Positions 55,833-64,000 of a stretch of 64,000 nt of DNA are shown here, in pieces. Where the stretch lies: positions 122,102 through 186,101 of the forward strand of contig JBAZMW010000003.1 of assembly GCA_041649575.1 (NCBI GenBank). Reading direction: 5' to 3'. The position numbers and the translations under genes are program-made. Numbering within the stretch: the first letter of the stretch is position 1; each line of letters starts with the position of its first letter. The notes beneath the pieces are model-generated. The model saw only the letters and a list, made by a program, of their open reading frames with translations, was not told the DNA's origin and ran no database searches. The DNA is from Patescibacteria group bacterium (GTDB taxonomy: Bacteria; Patescibacteriota; Patescibacteriia; 2-01-FULL-39-33).

Positions 55833-55861
55833 CTAACATATAATTATAGCATACTATCAAT
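55833..55861 (-). promoter_or_regulatory. perfect sigma70-type promoter TTGACA-17-TATAAT (cassette copy 3, minus strand)
   Basis: On the minus strand the sequence reads TACTATTGACAAAATATTGATAGTATGCTATAAT. It shares the TACTATTGACAA and GTATGCTATAAT blocks with the 47603 promoter. Confidence 0.75.
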
Positions 55862-55944
55862 ATTTTGTCAATAGTAAATTAAATAAATAAAAATAGCTAA
55901 ATTTAGCTAAAAACTTAAAACGCAAAGGTTAAAAAAATATAGAG

Positions 55945-56781
55945 TTAATCTTCTGCTTTAGGTTTTGAATTTTTACGCCTCGACTCGCCGAAGGCGAGAC
56001 AAGTAGCTTTGACTTTCAATATCCCTACGCCAGCTATGATTAATAGAACACTGATTATTTGCGGCAGCCTGATTCCCCACCACAGAGCCGTCTCGTCGAT
56101 ACGGATAAACTCCATAAAAAATCTGATCAGCCCATAGCCGATAAAATAAATGGCCAAGAGCGACCCTGGCCGGCAGTTGTTTTTTCTGGCCAAAAGAAAC
56201 AAGATCAAAAACAAAACAAAATCCAAAACAGATTCATACAAAAAAGCGGGCTGGAAATATCGGTTTGACAAAAAAATTTCCGGACGATTTTTCGGTTCGA
56301 TGGGAATGCCCCAGGGCAAGTTGGTGGGCCGACCAAACAACTCTTGATTGAAATAATTGCCCCAGCGGCCAATGGCCTGGCCCAGGGCCAGAGCGGGAGC
56401 AGCCAAGTCGACTACTTGCCAAAAGGAAATTTTCTTTTTTCGGCTCCAAAAAATTACCACGATGATGCCGCCAATAATGGCGCCATGAATCGCCAGGCCG
56501 CCTTGCCAAATTTTAAAAATCTCCGGCAAGTTGTGACTGTAATAGGACCAATCCAAAACAAAAACCTGATAAAGACGGGCGCCCAAAATACCGCCGACAG
56601 CCAGCCAAAGGCCCAGGTCTAAAGCCAGCTCAAATTTTAGGCCTCTTCTTTTGGCCAGAGAGCCGGCGACCAGAATGCCCAGAAGCAAGCCCAAGACGAT
56701 TATCAGACCATACCAGCGAAACGAGAGCGGCCCAAACTGGAAGATAATCGGCTGCGGATAAAAATAATGAAAAAAATTCAT
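55945..56781 (-). CDS. lgt: prolipoprotein diacylglyceryl transferase
   Basis: WYGLIIVLGLLLG.., QGGLAIHGAIIGG, GRWGNYFNQE signature. Confidence 0.85.
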   Translation of the reverse strand: MNFFHYFYPQPIIFQFGPLSFRWYGLIIVLGLLLGILVAGSLAKRRGLKFELALDLGLWLAVGGILGARLYQVFVLDWSYYSHNLPEIFKIWQGGLAIHGAIIGGIIVVIFWSRKKKISFWQVVDLAAPALALGQAIGRWGNYFNQELFGRPTNLPWGIPIEPKNRPEIFLSNRYFQPAFLYESVLDFVLFLILFLLARKNNCRPGSLLAIYFIGYGLIRFFMEFIRIDETALWWGIRLPQIISVLLIIAGVGILKVKATCLAFGESRRKNSKPKAED

Positions 56782-56811
56782 ATCTTAAAGTATAACAGAA
56801 AAATAAAAAAA

Positions 56812-56840
56812 ATCGACCCCCGAACCGGAGTTCGGGGGAA
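56812..56840 (-). terminator. terminator hairpin for the small GC-rich cassette gene
   Basis: CCCCCGAAC-TCCG-GTTCGGGGG, followed on the minus strand by TTTTTTTT. Confidence 0.65.
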
Positions 56841-56882
56841 TTAAAGCTTTGACCAAAGAAGTTCGCTTGGAGCAGTACAGGA

Positions 56883-57200
56883 TTACGTGGTGCCGCAATA
56901 GGCTGGCCGGTGGGAGCTGCGTCGCACAGTTCCTCTTGGCGGCCTTTCGGCTCTCCTGATCCGAGGGCGCTGAAGCGTGTTGGAGACTATCTGGTAGCCT
57001 CTCGCGACCAAGTCGCGGATGAATGCCTTCACCCTTCCACGTCCTTTCACCAGTGCCATATGCAGCTGATCCTTCAAATCCCGATACCTGACAAGATACC
57101 TTCTCATGCGCCATCGCTCCTTATGTTTTCCTCTGCCAGAATGCCCTATACTCATTTTCGACCAATCGGTTATGACCCTCCTTTCCAATGTCCACAGCAT
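56883..57200 (-). CDS. small (105 aa) basic protein in a self-contained GC-rich cassette, possible toxin-like/leaderless gene
   Basis: The ORF is flanked by its own TTGACA-17-TATGAT promoter (57209-57237, minus), with the ATG only 8 nt downstream of the -10 (leaderless-like), and by its own terminator. The protein is Arg-rich (..RRYLVRYRDLKDQLHMALVKGRGRVKAF..). The alternative plus-strand ORF 56910..57215 cannot be excluded. Confidence 0.4.
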   Translation of the reverse strand: MLWTLERRVITDWSKMSIGHSGRGKHKERWRMRRYLVRYRDLKDQLHMALVKGRGRVKAFIRDLVARGYQIVSNTLQRPRIRRAERPPRGTVRRSSHRPAYCGTT

Positions 57201-57259
57201 GATTGTTTATCATAGCACCAGGCAGGAGGTTTGTCAAACTTATCTTAAAGAAACTACGT

Positions 57260-58720
57260 TTAAACGGTTTCCACCTTGACCAAATTGGTCTTGCCCTGGC
57301 GGCCAAACGGATGGCCGGTGACAATAATTATGGTCTCGCTTTTTTTGGCCAGCTTGGCTGTTTGCACCAATGTCTTGATTTTGGCAATCAGGGCTTCGAA
57401 AGAATTAACCAGCGGCAAAACAAAAGCGCTCACCCCCCAGCTTAGGGACAGCTGATTGGCGGTAAAAACTGAGGGAGTCAGGGCAATGATAATGGCTTTG
57501 GGTCGAAAGCTGGAAATGTTTCTGGCGGTGGCGCCGGAAACCGTGGCGCAGGCAATCAACTTGACCTTAGTCAAATCCTCGGCCAAATCCTGGGCCACAA
57601 AACTCATTATTTTATTAAGCGATTGATTTTTGTATTTGTTTTCTTTGGCTTCTTGCTCCTCTATCTCCCTGGCCTCGATTTCTTTGGCAATGCGCGACAT
57701 CGCCGCCACGGCTCTAAGCGGATACTGACCGGTGGCGGTCTCTCCCGAAAGCATGATGGCGTCGGTGCCGTCTAAAACGGCGTTGGCCACATCGGAAACT
57801 TCGGCGCGCGTCGGCAAAGGATTTCTGATCATCGAATCGAGCATTTGGGTGGCGACAATCACCGGCTTGCCGGCTTGCCGGCATTCGTCGATAATCTTTT
57901 TTTGAATCAGAGGCAAGTCCTCAAAGGGCAGCTCGATGCCCAAGTCGCCGCGGGCGATCATAATGGCGTCGGCCGCCGCCAAAATTTGCGAAAAATTCTT
58001 CACCGCTTCGCGGCGTTCGATTTTGGCAATAAGCTTGGTGTGCGCGCCACTAGTCTTGCTGCTGCCAGCCGGATAATATTTTTTTTCCAGAGCAAAAATC
58101 TTTTTTCTTAAATTGACAATGTCTTTGGCGTCTTTGACAAAAGAGAGGGCGATAAAATCAACTTTGTTTTTGACGCCAAAATCGACATCGGCTAAATCCT
58201 TTTTGGTCAGTGGCGGACACTTGATAAGCGATTTAGGAAAATTCATGCCTTTGTGGGATTTGATGATGCCGCCGGTGATCACTTTGCAGACAATAGTGTC
58301 ATTTTTGATTTTGGTGACGCTTAACTCAATGGTGGCGTCGTCGATTAAAACCGGCTGACCCGCCTTGAGGTCGCGGTATAGCTCTTTATATTGAATGGGA
58401 ACGACGACAGCGGATTGGGACGACACTTGGCGCTTTGGGGGCACTAAAAAAACTTCCTGGCCGCGGCTGACTTTCAGGCCGGCTTGGCCCACTTCGCCGA
58501 TACGAATACGCGGCCCCTGCAAATCCTGAATAATGGCCAGCTGGCTTTTCAGGCTTTTGGCCACGGAACGCAAATTACCGATAAGCAACCGGTGGTGCTT
58601 GTAGCTGCCATGGGAAAAATTAAGACGCGCCACATTCAGGCCGGCTTTGATCATTTTTTCCATAATGATTTTGGTCTGAGAAGCCGGGCCAATGGTGGCT
58701 ACGATTTTGGTGCGTTTCAT
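57260..58720 (-). CDS. pyk: pyruvate kinase
   Basis: MKRTKIVATIGPAS.., NFSHG, MIARGDLGIE, MLSGETA motifs. Confidence 0.9.
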   Translation of the reverse strand: MKRTKIVATIGPASQTKIIMEKMIKAGLNVARLNFSHGSYKHHRLLIGNLRSVAKSLKSQLAIIQDLQGPRIRIGEVGQAGLKVSRGQEVFLVPPKRQVSSQSAVVVPIQYKELYRDLKAGQPVLIDDATIELSVTKIKNDTIVCKVITGGIIKSHKGMNFPKSLIKCPPLTKKDLADVDFGVKNKVDFIALSFVKDAKDIVNLRKKIFALEKKYYPAGSSKTSGAHTKLIAKIERREAVKNFSQILAAADAIMIARGDLGIELPFEDLPLIQKKIIDECRQAGKPVIVATQMLDSMIRNPLPTRAEVSDVANAVLDGTDAIMLSGETATGQYPLRAVAAMSRIAKEIEAREIEEQEAKENKYKNQSLNKIMSFVAQDLAEDLTKVKLIACATVSGATARNISSFRPKAIIIALTPSVFTANQLSLSWGVSAFVLPLVNSFEALIAKIKTLVQTAKLAKKSETIIIVTGHPFGRQGKTNLVKVETV

Positions 58721-58732
58721 AAAAATTAATTT

Positions 58733-59056
58733 TTACAACTTGATGGTTTTGACAATCCAATCGCCCAGGCTTTTGGCTGGCTGGGCTAAAAGGGGCAGGC
58801 CCCATTTCTCTCCCTGCAATGCCTTGATGATGCCAATGATAGCCAAAATGCCAATCAAAATATTGATCATCCAGCCAAAGACCGGGATCAGCATCAAGAC
58901 CACGGAAACCACAAACAACAAAACTCCCTGACTGGCGTGGAAGCGGACGAAGTCGCTTTTTTTCCTGACGGCCAGAGCCACCAGGCTTAGGATCCAAAGA
59001 TAGCTAATGGCACCCCAGATTTTTTCTTCTTGAGAGACGGATTTTTGTTCCGGCAT
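58733..59056 (-). CDS. small 3-TM membrane protein (DUF4870-like, hedged)
   Basis: 107 aa; ..WGAISYLWILSLVALAV..FHASQGVLLFVVSVVLM.. Confidence 0.5.
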   Translation of the reverse strand: MPEQKSVSQEEKIWGAISYLWILSLVALAVRKKSDFVRFHASQGVLLFVVSVVLMLIPVFGWMINILIGILAIIGIIKALQGEKWGLPLLAQPAKSLGDWIVKTIKL

Positions 59057-59073
59057 AGTTTTGAAATTATTTT

Positions 59074-59502
59074 TTAATTTTTGTTTTTGGAATGAAAAAT
59101 AAAAACTACCAGTAGCGGCACCAGCGCTCCCACTACAGCCACCAAAACGGTTTCGGTAATCAGATTAAAAAGTTTCCACAACTGGAAACCGTCGAAAAGC
59201 CTGAAAATCGCGACTACCAAGCCGATGACCAGGCCGGCGCAACCGCCAGCGATGGCGGCAATAGGCAAGCTGCGGCCAAAAACCTTAATCACCCGCCAGC
59301 CGATAAGCAAAAAAATGATTAGTCTGATAATCCAGGCCAGCAGCTCGTTTTGGCTAAAAATGATTCCCGCCTCGAAATTTCTGGACCAGCTGCGGAAAGC
59401 CAATTCCAGAATCAGAGCCAAAAGCAGCCACCATTTGATAAAAGAAAAATAAACGGTGAAATCTATCGGCTCCCAGGTTTTTTTTGCTTTGATTTCTGAC
59501 AT
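59074..59502 (-). CDS. hypothetical 4-TM membrane protein
   Basis: 142 aa, hydrophobic throughout. Confidence 0.5.
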   Translation of the reverse strand: MSEIKAKKTWEPIDFTVYFSFIKWWLLLALILELAFRSWSRNFEAGIIFSQNELLAWIIRLIIFLLIGWRVIKVFGRSLPIAAIAGGCAGLVIGLVVAIFRLFDGFQLWKLFNLITETVLVAVVGALVPLLVVFIFHSKNKN

Positions 59503-59532
59503 CCACTATTATTATAGCTTATCGGCGGGAAT

Positions 59533-59567
59533 AAAAAAACCCTCCCGCTTAAGCGGGAGAATTTTTT
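59533..59567 (-). terminator. terminator after groEL (CCTCCCGC..GCGGGAG family)
   Basis: CCTCCCGC-TTAA-GCGGGAGA with an A7 run (a T-run on the minus strand). Confidence 0.65.
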
Positions 59568-59583
59568 ATTCTTAAAAAATTTT

Positions 59584-61284
<1,701 letters not shown>

Positions 61285-61288
61285 TTAA

Positions 61289-61564
61289 TTATTCAATCAC
61301 CGCGAGCACATCCTCGTGGCTAAGAATCTTGTATTCTTGCTCGTCGACCTTAACCTCTTCGCCGGCGTATTTGCCGAACAAAACGCGCTGACCCGCTTTT
61401 AATTCCAGTTTATCGATTTTTTCTCCCTTGCCGAGGGCGACAATTTCACCCTCCGCCTTTTTTTCCTTGTCAATCGTCTCGGGCAGCACGATGCCGGATT
61501 TGGTGACTTCCTCTTCTTTTAACGGCTTGACCAAAACACGATCGCCAATTGGTTTGATAGTCAT
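61289..61564 (-). CDS. groS: co-chaperonin GroES
   Basis: MTIKPIGDRVLVKPLKEEEVTKSGIVLPE..; 91 aa. Confidence 0.9.
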   Translation of the reverse strand: MTIKPIGDRVLVKPLKEEEVTKSGIVLPETIDKEKKAEGEIVALGKGEKIDKLELKAGQRVLFGKYAGEEVKVDEQEYKILSHEDVLAVIE

Positions 61565-61598
61565 ATTTTCTGTTTAAATTATTAATTATTTTAGAAAG

Positions 61599-61625
61599 TT
61601 TAGCACTCTATTATTTAGAGTGCTA
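61599..61625 (-). promoter_or_regulatory. CIRCE operator (HrcA box) TTAGCACTC-N9-GAGTGCTAA upstream of groES
   Basis: Perfect inverted repeat with a 9-nt spacer (TATTATTTA). It is preceded on the minus strand by TTGACA-17-TAAAAT (61640-61668). Confidence 0.9.
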
Positions 61626-61701
61626 ACACTTGACTTTGGTATTTTAAACCATAAAAAAACACCTGTCAAGAGGCGGTTTTTGGGCTTAATTTCAAAAATT
61701 T

Positions 61702-62730
61702 TCAGACCAACCGATTTTTGACAACTTCTCTTATTCCCCTCGAGAAATTGCAACCGATGATTCGGCAATACTTCCGGCAAGAAACAATTTGCTTTCTTTC
61801 GGCTTTAGCTGGATGGCTGTTTAAAATATTTTTTAAAGAATTATTTTTCAAATTGCCAATGGTCGCCCCCTTGAAACATAAAGCCACCGCGCCAGCAGGA
61901 TAAACCACCACGCTGCGCTGGCCGGCAAAACAACGAAAAGCCAAAACGCTTGGCGGATTCAAATAATAATTTTCTATCGCCTTAATGTTGGCCGGAGAAT
62001 TTTTGATTTTGGGGCGATGAGCGTAGAGCCAGGAAAAAAATTTTTTGACTTCTGCGGCAGACGGCCAGAGATCGTTTAATAAAAAAATATGTTTTCTGTC
62101 CTTGGCGGCCAGCGATTCCACGCTTTCATCCAGCGGCTGCAAAATGACAGCCGTATTGGTCAGGGAATTCAAATGCTCAATCAGTTCCGGCAAACCGTCA
62201 ATATTTTGTTTGGCGATCAAAATACCAACCTCCAGTTTTATCCGGCTTTTTTCTAACAAACCGATTGCCCGCCTGGCCGCTTCATAACTGGTGCCGGTGC
62301 CGCGCAAAAAATTGTGAGCTTCCTGCTCCAAGCTGTAGAAAGAAATTTTAATGGCGTCCAGGCCGGCGTCCTCCAACTCTTTGACCAGCTCAGCGCCCAG
62401 CAGCAACCCGTTAGAATTTAGAGTGACCAAAAAAAAGTGTTTTTTGAGTTCTTTAATTAAAGCCAAGGCCAATTCCGGCCTGGTCAGCGGCTCTCCCCCG
62501 TTTAATTCGACAAAAGTCCGCGGCGGCAGAGTGGCCGCTAAATCTTTGACGATTTTTAGCCAGTCGGCGACAGTCAGCTCGTCGGAATTTTCTTGCTGCC
62601 AAATAGAGCAAGTCCGGCAACGGAGATTACACCTGAAAGTAAGCAGCAAACTCAAAGATTCCGGCGGAACAAAACTCCTGTTAGTGGCATAGCCGGCTGC
62701 TAAAAAAATTTTTTTTAAAGCTTTATTCAT
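61702..62730 (-). CDS. radical SAM domain protein (possibly SPASM-type maturase)
   Basis: CNLRCRTCSIW (CxxxCxxC) near the N-terminus; C-terminal Cys-rich region. Confidence 0.7.
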   Translation of the reverse strand: MNKALKKIFLAAGYATNRSFVPPESLSLLLTFRCNLRCRTCSIWQQENSDELTVADWLKIVKDLAATLPPRTFVELNGGEPLTRPELALALIKELKKHFFLVTLNSNGLLLGAELVKELEDAGLDAIKISFYSLEQEAHNFLRGTGTSYEAARRAIGLLEKSRIKLEVGILIAKQNIDGLPELIEHLNSLTNTAVILQPLDESVESLAAKDRKHIFLLNDLWPSAAEVKKFFSWLYAHRPKIKNSPANIKAIENYYLNPPSVLAFRCFAGQRSVVVYPAGAVALCFKGATIGNLKNNSLKNILNSHPAKAERKQIVSCRKYCRIIGCNFSRGIREVVKNRLV

Positions 62731-63994
62731 TTAGTTTTTGATTGCTAAGAGACAGGGCGCCGGCCAGAAAAAAAGCGGCCAGACCGGCCAACTGGGTTAT
62801 CAGATAATGATCGAACAAACCGACAAGAAGCAACGCCAAGAAAGCCGGCAGAAAAAAATAATTTTTTTGGCGCCAAGCCAGCATAACGGCAGTGACAACA
62901 AAAATTAAAAAAGCCGTCAAGCCAAAAATTCCCGTCTCGGAAAAAATCAACAGGTAAATATTATGTACCGGCTGAAAATCATAAGCCGGCAATTTTGGAT
63001 TGTTTTGATAAAGCTGATAGGTGTAGTTGCCGCCACCGACACCCAGGAGCCAATGACCGGCTATAAACTTTTTGGCCTGGGATAAAGAAACCGTCCTCTC
63101 GGCGATTGACTTTTGTTCCAAGCGGCCTTGGGCTTCGAGCCTGGCAGACGCCAAGGGCCAATAAATCAAAACTAGAATCAAAGACAAGGCAGCCAGATAA
63201 ACAGTGAGTTTCGCTAAGTTCGCTCTGGCTGTTTTGACTCGGAAAAAATAAATCAGCAAAAAAATTAGAAAACCAAACAACAATCCCAGCCAAGCGCTGC
63301 GGGAAAAACTAAAAAATAAGCCGGCTAGATCCAAAATCAGAAACAGCAAAGCCAGTAATCGCGCCTGGCTCTTGGCGCTGTTGAAATATAAAAATAAAGT
63401 GGCGAAGATGGCCAGGAGCAAAAAACCGCCCAAGATATTGGGGTGGGCAAAGGCGCCGTAAGCTCTTAGCCAGCGGCCGTCGGCAGTCTCCACCACCATC
63501 GCGCCCAGCTCGCGCGCCAAGTGCTGGGAAATTCCCAGCCACTTGTTGGCAACGATGGTTTGAGTCAAAAATTGCCAAATTGCCAAGACAGCCTGTAGCG
63601 CTCCGCCAGCCGCCAGGGCCCAACAAATTTTTTGTTTTTTGACTCCGGAGGTTAAAATGATAAAAAACAACAAAACCGCTTCTACCAGATGAAACCAACT
63701 GTAAAAAGCGGCGGCCGTATCTGATGACCAAAAAATAGACAACAAATTCCAAATTACAAAAAATAAAAGACTCAAGACAACGGCAGAACTTAAAGTTAAA
63801 AACTTAAAATTTAAAGCTTTTTGTTTTAAGCTTTGAATTTTTAATTTTACGTTTAACCCGGCCCATAAAAAAATTATCAGCCACAATAAAATCTCCGTGG
63901 CAAAAATCAGCCCCGTGCCATACTGCCACTTGGCGCCGTTTAAGACTCTTTCCTGAAAAATCCAAACAGTTTGCCAAGGCAACAGGAAAACCAA
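62723..63994 (-). CDS. polytopic membrane protein, O-antigen ligase/polymerase (Wzy_C)-like
   Basis: At least 10 hydrophobic helices with a large loop; overlaps the radical SAM gene by 8 nt. The N-terminus may extend beyond the window end. Confidence 0.5.
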   Translation of the reverse strand: MVFLLPWQTVWIFQERVLNGAKWQYGTGLIFATEILLWLIIFLWAGLNVKLKIQSLKQKALNFKFLTLSSAVVLSLLFFVIWNLLSIFWSSDTAAAFYSWFHLVEAVLLFFIILTSGVKKQKICWALAAGGALQAVLAIWQFLTQTIVANKWLGISQHLARELGAMVVETADGRWLRAYGAFAHPNILGGFLLLAIFATLFLYFNSAKSQARLLALLFLILDLAGLFFSFSRSAWLGLLFGFLIFLLIYFFRVKTARANLAKLTVYLAALSLILVLIYWPLASARLEAQGRLEQKSIAERTVSLSQAKKFIAGHWLLGVGGGNYTYQLYQNNPKLPAYDFQPVHNIYLLIFSETGIFGLTAFLIFVVTAVMLAWRQKNYFFLPAFLALLLVGLFDHYLITQLAGLAAFFLAGALSLSNQKLNE

Positions 63995-64000
63995 GGCCAG

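Noticed and set aside
56910-57215. 101-aa plus-strand ORF in the GC-rich mini-cassette
   Set aside because: Not fully rejected. The minus-strand ORF was preferred because a TTGACA-17-TATGAT promoter and a hairpin plus T8 terminator are correctly oriented for it. The plus ORF has neither.

Overview
The window is an AT-rich (about 40-45% GC by eye), gene-dense bacterial chromosome segment. Gene content and style suggest a Candidate Phyla Radiation (Patescibacteria-like) organism; this is inference.

The housekeeping backbone is recognisable. It comprises ybeY, rpsU, hisS, lepB, an LCP-family protein, der, pth, dprA, topA, a short Rel/SpoT homologue, parAB, GlyRS, smpB plus tmRNA, infC-rpmI-rplT, lgt, pyk, and groES/groEL with a textbook CIRCE operator. 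There are also 7 tRNA genes, a tmRNA, and a probable RNase P RNA.

Two things stand out.

(1) A long minus-strand operon (lepB to ybeY) carries two paralogous giant secreted proteins of 1077 aa and 3297 aa. Each has an N-terminal two-helix hairpin with the motif LILYAGFLWMTA(S/A)GEESKIEKAKK. The same motif occurs at the C-terminus of a small 171-aa protein elsewhere in the window (53375..53890). It resembles the TrbC/VirB2-like T4SS-pilin family reported as typical of CPR bacteria. The 3297-aa protein also carries Myxococcus-type cysteine-rich repeats (CGxGxxExGExCDDGNxxxGDGC) and a C-terminal LamG-like jelly-roll domain. Two calcium-binding (thrombospondin type-3-like, DxDxDG) bitopic membrane proteins follow in the same operon.

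(2) A compositionally foreign island spans roughly 47.6-55.9 kb. It is visibly GC-rich (about 55-60%), uses GTG starts and strong GGAGG RBSs, and is built around a tRNA-Asp flanked by tRNA-derived direct repeats and fragments (att-like scars). A near-identical consensus promoter cassette (TACTATTGACAA-N17-TATAAT) is used at least three times. The island encodes unknown proteins, including a translationally coupled zinc-ribbon/membrane/membrane operon, the small pilin-like protein, and a histidine-phosphatase-family enzyme.

A 1948-aa acidic repeat protein with a TM anchor (41196..47042) lies immediately left of the island. No CRISPR array, integrase or transposase was recognised. All functional calls rest on motif recognition by eye, not database searches.
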